Shown in pieces: positions 27,101-40,058 of a stretch of 64,000 nt of DNA. How positions within the stretch are numbered: the stretch's first letter is position 1; each line of letters opens with the position of its first letter. Below the pieces are notes generated by a model, which did no database searches, was not told where the DNA came from, and worked only from the letters and a program-made list of their open reading frames with translations. The DNA comes from Mobula hypostoma (taxonomy: Eukaryota): the NCBI RefSeq assembly GCF_963921235.1, contig NC_086097.1, forward strand, positions 48,486,001 through 48,550,000, read 5' to 3'. Both the position numbers and the translations under genes were made by a program.

Positions 27101-29426
27101 AATATGAAACAGGTCCAATGATTCCTGGGGTTTTCTAACTCCTACTGGAAGTTCATCAGGAACTTCAGTTCAGTGGCAGCTCCACTGATGGCCCTAACCA
27201 AGAAATCCATGGAACTTTTGCCTGGATGATTGAAGTGGAGGCTGTTTTTGCAGAGCTTAAACAGCAGTTTACTACAGCTCCCATTTTGGTTTCTCCGAAC
27301 CCAGATCTCTCCCTCATCGTGGAGGTGGATGGCACAGACATCGGAGTAAGCGCCATCTCGTCTCAATGATCACTTTCGGACAGCAAACTGCACCCGTGTG
27401 CATTCTTCTCCAGGTGGCTATCCCTGGCAGGGAGGAACTATGACAGCAGGAATTGGGAGCTTCTTGCGGTTAAATTAGCCTTGGAGGAATGTGTCATTGG
27501 CTAGAGGGGGCCAAGAACCCTTCTATTGTTTGGACTGACCGTAAAAACCTGGCCTATATTCAGGAGACCAAGAGGCTGAATTCCAGGCCAGACAGGTGGT
27601 CTTTCTCAACCATTTTAATTTCATCCTGACCCATCAACTGGGATCTAAGAATCAGAAGCCTGATGCCATGTCCCACCAGTTTGATGAAACGGAATGAGGG
27701 GGGAAGCCTACTACCATTTTGCCCCAGGCCAGGGAGGTAGCATCAATTCATTGGGGAGTCAATGCTCTTGTTCACAAGGACCAAGCAAAAGGGGAGGATC
27801 CTGAGAATGGTCCTCCTGGTCAGCTAATTGTCCCAAGTTCTGTCCAGTCCCAGGGACTGCAATGGGGACACTCGTCAAGAATGACTGCACACCCAGGAAT
27901 TGCCAAGGCCCTGGAGTTTATCAAGAGGAGGTATTGGTGGCCCAGAATGATGAGAGAAGTTCGGCAGTACGTGCAGGCATGCGAGGTGTGTGCCTGGAAC
28001 AAGAAGTCTCGTACCAGACCACAAGGGCTCCTCTACCTCCTACCTGTTCCGAAAAGCCCTTTAGCACACATCTTCATGGACCTTGTCACAGATCTCCGGA
28101 CATCCAAGGGAAGTCACTCATTATGGTATTTGTTGATTGATTTTCAAAAGCCTGCAGGTTCATTGTCTTGTAGAAGCTACTTTTTGCAGCAGAGACAGCA
28201 GAGGTTGTTCTGGACCAGGTCTTCAGGGTCCATGGATTCTCAGTGGATATTATCTTGGTTCATGGACACAATTTTCTTTCCATTTCTGGAAAGATTTCTG
28301 TAAACTGGTAGGGCCAAGAGCAAGCCTTTCCACTGGGTTTCAACCACAGTCCAATGGCCAGACGGAGCAAACGAACTGAGATTTAGAATGTACCCTGAGA
28401 TGCATGACTTTGGAAAGACCCAAAGAGTGGTGTGACCATTTAATGTGGGCAGAGATCACCCACAACACCTTACAGCACCTGGCACATGGGATGTCACCAT
28501 TCGCGTGCCGATTTGGTTATCCTCTGTTTCTGAACAAGAAGCCAAGGTTGGGGTCCCCGCTGCAGGAGATCTCATCCAATGCTGCAAGGAAAAAAGGATG
28601 AGGGCAAGAGAGATTTTGCTGGCCTCTACCTGGAGAGTGGAGCCAAGGCAAACTGAAGAAGTCTGGAACCTGCGTTACAGCCTGGGCAACAGGTCTGGCT
28701 GTCCCCTCATGTCTTTCCTCTCCGAGTGGAATCTGGAAAGTTGGTGCCCAAGTTCATTGGTCCCTTTAAGCTCCTGAGGAAAGTAAACCCAGTGGCTTAC
28801 ACCTTGCAATTCCCCAAGACCCTAAATATCAACTCCACCTTCCACATCTCTAAACTAAAACCTCTCTGCACCATCCCCTTAGCCCCACCACCATCAGCCC
28901 CAGCACCACCCAGGTTTATTGATGGGAACAGGTCTTCACGGTGAAAAGACTTTTGGACTTGCAAACTTAAGGAACACCTGAACATAGGTTCAGTGCTCAA
29001 TCATAAGCCTTACTAGTGATTTTGTCTAGCAGTTGCTTTGTGCTCAGTTCTCGATCCAATTTGATACCGTGTCTCCATCCTTGCTTTGGGTATTCCAGCA
29101 TTTGGGTCCAAGCCGTCCTCATCAAGGACCCTTGTCACAGTACAATTGACCCAACATGGGCCCAGCAGTGTATTGGAGACTTTAGTCAGCTGTGGCCAGC
29201 CACAGCAAGAAAATTTTAAGACAGAGCCTGGAGATACACGACCTCCAGGTTGCCATGTGCCAACTATTGCAGGGAGGAAGCCAAAATCGCTCGGGTGAGG
29301 GTGTTGGTTGCTCAGTGGAGCCAGTCCATTTTCTGACCCTGGAGAAATTTGATACTGTGTCTCAACCTTTGTTTGGCTACTCCAGTATTTCTGTCCTAGC
29401 CACCCTCATCAAGGACTCTTGTCACT
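24191..29426 (+). mobile_element. Ty3/Gypsy LTR retrotransposon (sushi/chromovirus-like), degenerate
   Basis: 5' LTR TG..CA 24191-24508; gag from ATG 24525 with a CFYCGEADH knuckle near 25300; protease FLDSGATG near 25500; RT FTKLDLQSAY and YLDDILIF; RNase H VEVDGTDIGV; integrase HPG...[10 protein letters not shown] and LVPKFIGPF; TSD GATTC at 24186-24190 and 29427-29431. Confidence 0.95.
28970..29139 (+). repeat. Second (5'-deleted) LTR copy of the Gypsy element
   Basis: Aligns without gaps to about 24340-24508 with roughly 32 mismatches in 168 nt by hand count. Confidence 0.9.
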
Positions 29427-29479
29427 GATTCAGTATTTTGACACAGATGCACACATATAGAGATGGCACTGTGGTGTAG

Positions 29480-29860
29480 AAAGGCAGCCCAGTAGCAGAG
29501 CTGGTAGACTTGCAGACCAAGAAATCCAGTGAACCAGGCTCACTACTGACTATTGGTGCAGTATGTGGAGTTGTGTGACATTTTCCTGGGTGTTCCTATT
29601 TTCTGCCACATCCGAAAGAAGTGTGGGTTGATAGGTTAATTGACCACTGTTAATTGAACCCCGAGTACAGGAGTTCCCAAACTTTTTCATGCCATGGAGC
29701 AATGTCATTAATCTAGGGCTCCTGGATGTGTGGGTGTAGATATGAAGGTGATGGTGAGCTGATGAACGTGTGGAAAGAATAAAAATGAAATTGGTGCAAA
29801 TTGTGTCCAACAGTTGGTTTGTGTTTGGTGGACCAAGGGCCTGCTTTCACACTGAATGAC
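29480..29860 (+). mobile_element. V-SINE (HE1-like), degenerate; further minus-strand pieces at about 30000-30125 and 31700-31880
   Basis: V-domain-like TGTGGAGTT...TTTTCCTGGGTGTTCCTATTTTCTGCCACATCCGAAAGA...GGTTAATTGACCACTGT. Confidence 0.6.
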
Positions 29861-31135
29861 TCTATGTCACACTTTTTCTGCTTAAAGACACTTGTGATGT
29901 GGAGAGTGGTGAGGTGCAGCAAAAAACAAAATGTCGTCTCTTTATTTCATAGTTCTGGTAAAAGTTCAATGTGTGGACTCATTGATTATATTCACTTAGG
30001 AACGTACACACAATCAAGAGGGAGAACATGCAAACTGCATACTTACAGGCAGGAACAGCACCGGAGATCAGATTTGATCCCGATTGCTATGATACAGCTG
30101 TTCTACTTGCTGTGTCACTGTGCCAACTTCCCCTCAATGTAGCCACTCAGTGGTCTCTCCTTTGGACCTTCAAGATCCCTTACCCCGCGACTGAGAATGA
30201 TTGCCTCCATCCCAACAAGCTAGCAATCGTCACTTGCCCCATTCCCTCACCACTGTGCCCAGCTACCCACCAATCAACAACTATAAACAGGTTTTCATCC
30301 TCCTACTTCTCAGCTACAAAGGCATGCAAACCCTCAGCTGGACACTGATCCTAGAACCCTGGTTCACCTCACTTCCTCTCACAATCTCCACCAGCTCACC
30401 TTCCTCCTTGTCCCTCTCCCCTTCACCTGAATCCCCTTACATCCTTTGTCTCACAACCAATCCTCTCAGCCTCTCCCCTATACTCCCAAGTCTCTATTCC
30501 TTCCAGAGTCTGAAGGTGACTTGATTTCCCATGTGTGCTCCATTTGCACTGGGCCTTGTGGAGTGCTGACCTTTCCAGTGTTAGGGTCATGAACAAAGAG
30601 TGCTACAAACAGTCTGGCTGACATGCCTTGAGAGAAGCCAACTAGTTCCTAGCCATCTGTGTCTTTCTGTTCCCAGGGAACTAACATCTGAAAAAAGTCA
30701 GCACAACACTGCTCTCTGTGGAACGTGTTTTAATAAAGCTATTACCATCAGCATCTCCCCACCCTGTATCTAACTAATTGTTATGAGAGGAACTAGTGGC
30801 CTGGCCAATGAAACAAAGGAGCAACACATATAATGCCACATGAGAAAACTGTCTAAACAAGTGCTTCGACACTCTAACCTTGTTGATAATCATGCCAAAA
30901 TATATCTCTCCCAGGAAACTAATGACATTTAAAGCTCTCTGGCATTTGAATGTCATGCAGGATCAAAGAAGGATGAGTACAGGCTTCCAACTGCATACTG
31001 TGAACAACCTCTGCATCAATAACAGGAAGATAAGGCCTCCAAGAAATCAATCTTATTGTACTACAACATCCTTCAAATTTGGTGGTGGGTTAACTGGAGA
31101 ATGTTTGCTCAGTGACAATGTTTTGAAGAACTCAC

Positions 31136-31263
31136 CATGTATGTTATTTTGAAGAGCCCTATGAGCATACTGAATCTCCCCAGCAGAGAACTCGGAGTGG
31201 TCCACGGCGGCAAGCCGAGCATGGGCCAGGGTGGAGAGCATCCCATATTTTGGTCAAAGATGT
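31136..31263 (-). other. Candidate host exon (unverified)
   Basis: ATG 31241 opens MLSTLAHARLAAVDHSEFSAGEIQYAHRALQNNIH, ending at donor G/GTGAGT; locally CpG-retaining; weak acceptor at 31263. Confidence 0.3.
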
Positions 31264-31899
31264 CTAGAACATTATTACTTTGAGGTATATTGATTTTGCT
31301 ACAATTCAGGAAACAACATATAGACTTTTCAGGTCCTTTCAACAGATGTAATCAGGAACACTGAATCACATCCAAACTCAACGACTTTTATACTTTCATT
31401 AGTCCCAAACAAAATGCTTGCATAATCATACGTCTCATTAATTTCAGTCCTTGCTGTTGAGGTTCCATTTGAACCAAGAGCTCTCCACTTAATTATTCTT
31501 CACATAGAAGACAATTATGTGACACATTACACACATTGTCTAAAAGTGCATTTCACCCAATTACATATCTTTAATGTTATTTCTAGTTGACGTTCCCCCC
31601 TATTTCTCTCTCTCTCTCTATATATATATGTCAATTAGCAATTTCATTAATTCCATTGCATCACATTTCCCTGTAAGCTACTCTCTCTCAGTTGCCTTCC
31701 CTCATTAACCCACATGAGGGGTAATTTAGAGCATCACATGAACCGACCAACTGGCATGCTTTTGGGATGTGAGAGGAGTGTCACAAGGCAAACTTTCCAC
31801 GCAGACGGTACCAGATGTCACAATTGAAATCAGAGTTGCTGGATCTGTGAGACAGCAGCACCACCGGCTGCATCTCTGGGACAGCAAATTTTATTTTCT

Positions 31900-32085
31900 T
31901 TTACCTTAGGTATGCATGCCAGGGTGTAAACAGACCCTCCGTTCAAAATCTCATCCAAAAGGTTCAATTGTGCAACAATGAAGTATCAGCCTAGAAATTT
32001 GTGCTCAAGTCTGTGAAATGTGGCTTAGACCCATACAATTTTCACTCCAGGCCAGACAGGTTCCACCATCTCACCTGTAGCTGAG
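31900..32085 (-). mobile_element. Deu-domain SINE 5' fragment
   Basis: Reverse complement reads GACTTGAGCACAAATTTCTAGGCTGATAC...GGATGAGATTTTGAACGGAGGGTCTGTTT. Confidence 0.6.
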
Positions 32086-32429
32086 ACCTAAAACTGTTAC
32101 TATTTTGCATGACTTCCTGTTGGAAAGTGAGAACTAGCACGTAGAATGTTACTTCCAATTAATATAGAGTTCCCACCAGAAAGGAGGCATATATATTCAA
32201 ATGTTTACATCATGTTGTGCAAAATGCCTCAATGATAAATATGTTAACCATTACTACCTCTTCTAGCTAAATTACTTCTACTTTTTTTGAACAGTTTTTT
32301 TCCTGCATTGATTACAGTGGAAAGTTACATGTTGGGCTTTTATCTTCATTCAAGGCCCCTCATCCAACAGTTAACAGCCAAGCAATATTTCCAAGGGAGA
32401 CCACAATGTGCACACATTCTACACCTTAT

Positions 32430-33645
32430 ATAGTCATAGTCATACTTTATTGATCCCGGGGGAAATTGGTTTTTGTTACAGTTGCACCATAAATAATAAA
32501 TGGTAATAAAACCATAAATAGTTAAATAGTAATATGTAGGTTATGCCAGGAAATAAGTCCAGGACCAGCCTATTGGCTCAGGGTGTCTGACCCTCCAAGG
32601 GAGGAGTTGTAAAGTTTGATGGCCACAGGTAGGAATGACTTCCTGTGACGCTCTGTGTTGCATCTCAGTGGAATGAGTCTCTGGCTGAATGTACTCTTGT
32701 GCCCAACCAGTACATTATGTAGTGGATGGGAGACATTGTCCAAGATGGCATGCAACTTGGACAGCATCCTCTTTTCAGACACCACCGTCAGAGAGTCCAG
32801 TTCCATCCCCACAACATCACTGGCCTTACAAATGAGTTTGTTGATTCTGTTGGTGTCTGCTACCCTCAGCCTGCTGCCCCAGCACACAACAGCAAACATG
32901 ATAGCACTGGCCACCACAGACTCGTAGAGCATCTTCAGCATTGTCCGGCAGATGTTAAAGGACCTCAGTCTCCTCAGGAAATAGAGACGACTCTGACCCC
33001 TCATGTAGACAGCCTCAGTGTTCTTTGACCAGTCCAGTTTATTGTCAATTCGTATCCCCAGGTATTTGTAGTCCTCCACCATGTCCACACTGACCCCCTG
33101 GATGGAAACAGGGGTCACCAGTACCTTAGCTCTCCGCAGGTCTACCACCAGCTCCTTAGTCTTTTTCACATTAAGTTGCAGATAATTCTGCTCACACCAT
33201 GTGATAAAGTTTCCTACCGTAGCCCTGTACTCAGCCTTATCTCCCTTGCTGATGCATCCAACCATGACAGAGTCATCAGAAAACTTATGAAGGTGACAAG
33301 ACTCTGTGCAGTAGTTGAAGACCGAGGTGTAAATGGTGAAGAGAAAGGGAGACAAGACAGTCCCCTGTGGAGCCCCAGTGCTGCTGATCACTCTGTCGGA
33401 CACACAATGTTGCAAGCACACGTACTGTGGTCTGCCAGTCAGGTAATCAAGAATCCATGATACCAGGGAAGCATCCACCAGCATCGCTGTCAGCTTCTGC
33501 CCCAGCAGAGCAGGACGGATGGTGTTGAACGCACTGGAGAAGTCAAAAAACATGACCCTCACAGTGCTCGCTGGCTTGTCCAGGTGGGCGTAGACATGGT
33601 TCAGCAGGTAGACGATGGCATCCTCAATTCCTAGTCGGGGCTGGT
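32430..33645 (-). mobile_element. Young 5'-truncated Rex1/Babar LINE (RT)
   Basis: Open 330 aa ORF 32570-33562 with FFDFSSAFNTI, GAPQGTVLSP, KFSDDS and YKYLG; 3' tail (GACTAT)n. Confidence 0.95.
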
Positions 33646-34289
33646 TATCTCAAGGTAAAACACAGGGACGATTTCATCCTCTTACTGGACCATCAGCAAA
33701 GAGTCAACAATCCCATTCTCAGGCACCAACATCATTTGCAACTATAACCAATAAACATTAGGCAACTACAACAGATACACAGACATTACTTGTAATCAAG
33801 ATAAATGTCTTATTTTATTTGTAACAGTATTATGAGATGAAAGAACAGGAATATGATTTAGCATTCTTATCTGCCAGCACTATTTTTCTCAGACAAATGC
33901 TTCAGAGGACCATAAGCTTCCTGTGTATCTGATTAATACCTATAGTTACACCTTCATTTTTGAAGACAAGGTAATGATTTGAAACAGCTGACTCACCTTC
34001 AGGTGTATTGGCAGCAGGTTCTCATCCAGTGGGAGCTTTATCCTGTTGAAAATCACCTACTGATTAGACTAAATTACCCTAAGCATTTCATCACTGACAC
34101 TTCATTCCTGTGGAAACTGACATATGGGTTGTGGTCATGCATCATAGCCCAAGTCCTGTTGAAGCTTCTCCATTCGAATCATCTACTTTGCCATTTTGGG
34201 GATTTATGTCTGACATTACTGTTGTATGTTTGACTGATCTTTCATGTGAATATGGAAGACAATTCCAAAGGTTCACTAACAAACAAGCA

Positions 34290-34517
34290 ATAATCTGCAG
34301 ATGCTGAAAATCCGAGCAAAACACACAAAATGCTGGAGGAACTCAGCAGGCCAGTCAGCATCTATGGGAAAAAAGCAGAGTTGGTGCTTCGGGCCAAAAC
34401 CCTTTGGCAGGACTGGAGTAAAAAGCTGAGGAGTAGATTTAAGTTTACTCCTCAGCTTTTTCTCTCCAGTTCTGCTGAAGGGTTTTGGCCCGAAATATTG
34501 ACTCTACTTTTTTCATA
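34290..34517. mobile_element. Penelope-derived palindrome with two inverted degenerate hammerhead motifs; right arm resumes at about 41127-41163
   Basis: Hairpin centred near 34440 (AAAAAGCTGAGGAGTA / TACTCCTCAGCTTTTT); CTGCTGAAGGGTTTTGGCCCGAAA at 34472; the arm continues TAGATGTTGCCTGGC after the CR1. Confidence 0.75.
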
Positions 34518-37500
34518 AAACATAGAACATAGAACAGTACAGCACTGTACAGGCCCTTTGGCCCACAATGTTGTGCTGACCCTTAAATTCTGCCTTCCAT
34601 ATAATCCCCCACATTAAATTCCTCCATATACCTGTCTAGTAGTCTCTTAAATTTCACTAGTGTATCTGCCTCTACCACTGACTCAGGCAGTGCATTCCAC
34701 GCTCCAACCACTCTCTGAGTCAAAAACCTTCCTCCAATATCCCCCTTGAACTTCCCACCCCTTACCTTAAAGCCATGTCCTCTTGTATTGAGCAGTGGTG
34801 CCCTGGGGAAGATGCTCTGGCTGTCCACTCTATCTATTCCTCTTAATATCTTGTATACCTCTATCATGTCTCCGCTCATCCTTCTTCTCTCCAAAGAGTA
34901 AAGCCTTAGCTCCCTTAATCTCTGATCATAATGCATACTCTCTAAACCAGGCAGCATCCTGGTAAATCTCCTCTGTACCCTTTCCAAAGCTTCCACATTC
35001 TTCCTATAGTGAGGTGACCAGAACTGGACACAGTACTCCAAGTGTGGCCTAACCAGAGTTTTATAAAGCTGCATCATTACCTCACAACTCTTAAACTCTA
35101 TCCCTCGACTTATGAAAGCTAACACCCCATAAGCTTTCTTAACTACCCTATCTACCTTTGAGGCAAGTTTCAGGGATCTGTGGACATGTACCCCCAGATC
35201 CCTCTGCTCCTCCACACTACCAAGTATCCTGCCATTTACTTTGTACTCTGCCTTGGTGTTTGTCCTTCCAAAGTGTACCACCTCACACTTCTCGGGGTTG
35301 AACTCCATCTGCCACTTCTGCATCCTATCAATGTCTCTCTGCAATCTTCAACAATCCTCTACACTATCTACAACACCACCAACCTTTGTGTCGTCTGCAA
35401 ACTTGCCAACCCACCCTTCTACCCCCACATCCAGGTTGTTAATAAAAATCACAAAAAGTAGAGGTCCCAGAACCGATCCTTGTGGGATACCACTAGTCAC
35501 AATCCTCCAATCTGAATGTACACCCTCCACAACGACCCTCTGCCTTCTGCAGGCAAGCCAATTCTGAATCCACCTGGCCAAACTTCCCTGGATCCCATGC
35601 CTTCTGACTTTCTGAATAAGCCTACCATGTGGAACCTCGTCAAATGCCTTACTAAAATCCATGTAGATCACATCCATTGCACTACCCTCATCTATATGCC
35701 TGGTCACCTCCTCAAAGAACTCTATCAGCCTTGTTAGACACAATCTGCCCTTCACAAAGTCATGCTGACTGTCCCTGATCAGACCATGATTCTCTAAATG
35801 CCGATAGATCCTATCCTAAGAATCTTTTCCAACAGCTTTCCCACCACAGACGTAAGGCTCACTAGTCTATAATTACCTGGACTATCCCTACTACCTTTTT
35901 TGATCAAAGGGACAACATTCGCTTCTCTCCATTCCTCCAGTATCATTCCCGTGGACAATGAGGACACAAAAATCCTAGCCAGAGGCTCAGCAATCTCTTC
36001 CCTCGCCTCGTGGAGCAGCCTGGGGAATATTCCATCAGGCCCCGGGGACTTATCCGTCCCAATGTATTTTAAGAACTCCAACACCTCTTCTCCCTTAATA
36101 TCAACATGCTCCAGAACATCAACCTCATTCATATTGTCCTCACCGTCATCAAGTTCCCTCTCATTGGTGAATACCGAAGAGAAGTATTCATTGAGGACCT
36201 CGCTCACTTCCACAGCCTCCAGGCACATCTTCCCATCTTTATCTCTAATCGGTCCTACCTTCACTCCTGTCATCCTTTTGTTTTTCACATAATTGAAGAA
36301 TGCCTTGGGGTTTTCCATTACCCTACTCGCCAAGGCCTTCTCATGCCCCCTTCTTGCTCTCCTCAGCCCCTTAAGCTCCTTTCTTGCTACCCTATATTCC
36401 TCAATAGACCCATCTGATCCTTGTTTCCTAAACCTCATGTATGTTGCCTTCTTCCACTTGACCAGATTTTCCAACTCATTTGTCACCCATGTTTCCTTCA
36501 CCCTACCATTCTTTGTCTTCCTCACCAGGACAAATTTATCATTGACATCCTGAAAGAGATCCCTAAATATCGACCACATGTCCATAGTACATTTCCCTGC
36601 AAAAACATCATCCCAATTCACACCCGCAAGTTCCAGCCTTATAGCCTCATAATTTGCCCTTCCCCAATTAAAAATTTTCCTGTCCTCTCTGATTCTATCC
36701 TTTTCCATGATAATGCTAAAGGCCAGGGAGCTGTGGTCACTGTCCCTCAGATGCACACCCACAGAGACCTGTGACCTGACCTGGTTCATTACCTAATACT
36801 AGATCTAGTATGGCATTCCCCCTGGTCAGCCTGTCAGCATACTGTGACAGGAATCTGTCCTGGACACACTTAACAAACTCTGCCCCATCTAAACTCTTGG
36901 AACTAATCAGGCGCCAATCAATATTAGGGATGTTAAAGTCACCCATGATAACAACCCTGTTACTTTTGCAGCTTTCCAAATTCTGCCTCCCAATCTGCTC
37001 CTCGGTATCTCTGCTGCTACCAGGGGGCCTATAGAATACCCCCAATAGAGTAACTGCTCCCTTTCTGTTCCTGACTTCCACCCATACTGACTCAAGAGGA
37101 TCCTGCGACATTACCCACCCTTTCTGTAGCTGTAATAGTATCCCTGAGCAGTAATGCCCCCTCCTCCCCTTTCCCCCTCTCTATCCCTTTTAAAGCACTG
37201 AAATCCAGGAATATTGAGAATCCATTCCTGCCCTGGTACCAGCGAAGTCTCTGTGATGGCCACTGCATCATAATTCCATGTACAGTATATATTCGAGCTC
37301 TCAGTTCATCACCTTTGTTCCTGATGCTTCTTTCATTGAAGTACATGCACTTTTGCCCTTCTACCCTACTGTCTTTACACTATTTATTCTACTTCTCTTT
37401 CCTCAAAGTCTCTCTATATGTTAGATCTGACTTTACTCCATGCACTTCTTCCATTGCTCTATCGCTCTGGGTCCCATTCTCCGTTGCAAATTAGTTTAAA

Positions 37501-37526
37501 CCCTCCTGAACCATGCTAGCAAACTC

Positions 37527-37622
37527 CCTGACGAAGGGTCTCGGGCTGAAACGTCGACTGCACCTCTTCCTAGAGATGCTGCCTGGCCTGCTGCGTTCAC
37601 CAGCAACTTGTATGTGTGTTGC
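37527..37622 (+). mobile_element. Penelope-derived hammerhead-bearing fragment inserted in CR1 ORF1
   Basis: CTGACGAAGGGTCTCGGGCTGAAACGTCGACTG...TGTGTGTTGC; the 5' strand of stem I is absent; junctions show microhomology (CCTG, TGC) rather than a TSD. Confidence 0.8.
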
Positions 37623-37787
37623 AAGGATATTGCTCCCCCTCGAGTTCAGGTGCAACCCATCCAATCAGTACAGGTCCCACCTTCCCCAGAAGAGATCCTA
37701 ATGATCCAAAAATCTAAAACCCCGCGCCCTGCACCAACTCCTCAGCCAAGCATTCAACTGCCATCTCCTCCAATTCTTAGCATCACT

Positions 37788-40058
37788 ATAGAAATATAGA
37801 AACATAGAAAATAGGTGCAGGAGCAGGCCATTCAGCCCTTCGAGCCTGCACCGCCATTCTGTATGATCATGGCTGATCATCCAATTCAGAATCCTGTACC
37901 TACCTTCTCTCCATACCCCTGATCGCTCTAGCCACAAGGGCCATATCTAACACCTTCTTAAATATAGCCAATGAACTGGCCTCAACTGTTTCCTGTGGCA
38001 GAGAATTCCACAGATTCACCACTCTCTGTGTGAAGAAGTTTTTCCTCATCTCGGTCCTAAAAGGCTTCCCCTTTATCCTTAAACTGTGACCCCTTGTCTG
38101 GATTTCCCCAACATCGGGAACAATCTTCCTGCATCTAGCCTATCCAATCCCTTTAGAATTTTATACGTTTCAATAAGATCCCCCCTCAAACTTCTAAATT
38201 CCAGCAAGTATAAGCCTCGTTGATCCAGCCTTTCATCATATGAAAGCCCTGCCATCCCAGGAATCAATCTGGTGAACATTCTTTATACTCCCTCTATGGC
38301 AAGAATGTCTTTCCTCAGATTAGGGGACCAAAACTTCACACAGTACTCCAGGTGTGGTCTCACCAACGCCTTGTACAACTGCAGTAGAACTTCCCTGCTC
38401 CTGTACTCGAATCCTCTTGCTATGAATGCCAGCATACCATTTGCTATTTTCACTGCCTGCTGTACCTGCATGCCCACTTTCAGTGACTGGTGTACAATGA
38501 CACCCAGGTCTCGTTGCACCTCCCCTTTTCCTAATCGGCCACCATTCAGATGTTAATCTGTTTTCCTGTTCTTGCCACCAAAGTGGATAACCTCACATTT
38601 ATCGACATTAAATTGCATCTGCCATAAATTTGCCCACTCACCTAACCTATCCAAGTCACCCTGCATCCTCTTAGCATCCTTCTCACAGCTAACACTGCCG
38701 CCCAGCTTCGTGTCATCTGCAAACTTGGAGATGCTGCATTTAATTCCCTCGTCTAAGTCATGAATATATATTGTAAACAACTGGGGTCCGAGCACTGAGC
38801 CTTGCGGTACCCCACTAGTCACTGCCTGCCATTCTGAAAAGGTCCTGTTTATTCCCACTCTTTGCTTCCTGTCTGCCAACCAATTCTCTATCCACATCAA
38901 TACCGTGTGCTTTAAGTTTGCACACTAATCTCCTGTGTGGGACCTTGTCAAAAGCCTTTTGAGAATCCAGATATACCACATCCTCTGGTTCTCCACTATC
39001 CACTCTACTAGTTACATCCTCAAAAAAATGCTATGAGATTCGTCAGACATGATTTTCCTTTCACAAATCCATGCTGACTTTGTCCAATGATTTCACTGCT
39101 TTCCAAATGTGCTGTTATCACATCTTTGATAACTGACTCTAGCCTTTTCCCCACCACCGATGTCAGGATAACCGGTCTATAATTCCCTGGTTTCTCTCTC
39201 AGTCCTTTTTTTAAAAAGTGGAGTTACATTAGCCACCCTCCAATCCTCAGGAACTAATCCAGAATCTAAAGAGTTTTGAAAAATTATCACTAATGCATCT
39301 TCTATTTCTTGGGCTACTTCCTTAAGCACTCTACGATGCAGACCATCTGGCCCTGGGGATTTATCTGCCTTTAATCCCTTCAATTTACTTAACACCACTT
39401 CCCTACTAACATGTTTTTCCCTCAGTTCCTCCATCTCACTAGACCTTCAGTCCTCTACTATTTCCGGAAGATTATTTATGTCATCCTTAGTGAAGACAGA
39501 ACCAAAGTAGTTGTTCGATTGGTCTGCCATGTCCTTGTTCCCCATGATCAATTCACCTGTTTCTGACTGTAAGGGACCTACATTTGTCTTAACCAATCTT
39601 TTTCTTTTCACATATCTATAAAAGCTTTTACAGTCAGGTTTTATGTTCCCTGCAAGGTTTCTCTCAATCTTTTTTCCCTTTCCTAATTAAGCCCTTTGTT
39701 CTCCTCTGCTAGATTCTGAATTTCTCCCAGTCCTCAGGTGTGCTGCTTTTTCTGGCTAATTTGTATGTTTCTTCTTTGGAATTGATACTATCCCTAATTT
39801 CCCTTGTCAGCCATGGGTGCACTAACTTCCCTGGTTTATTCTTTTGCCTAACTGGGATGAACAATTGTAGTAGTGCATCCATGCAATCTTTAAATGCTTG
39901 CCATTGCATATCCACCGTCAACCCTTTAAGTATCATTTGCCAGTCTATCTTAGCTAATTCACGTCTCATACCTTCAAAGTTACCCTTCTTTAAGTTCAGA
40001 ACCTTTATTTCTGAATTAACTATATCACTCTCCATCTTAATGAAGAATCCCACCATAT
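37788..40058 (-). mobile_element. 5'-truncated CR1 LINE nested in ORF1 of the full-length CR1
   Basis: ORF pieces 38079-40092 belong to the same subfamily as 7244-8514 and 21728-23820; own tail at 37788; possible TSD ATCAC (37782-37786 and 40057-40061). Confidence 0.93.
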
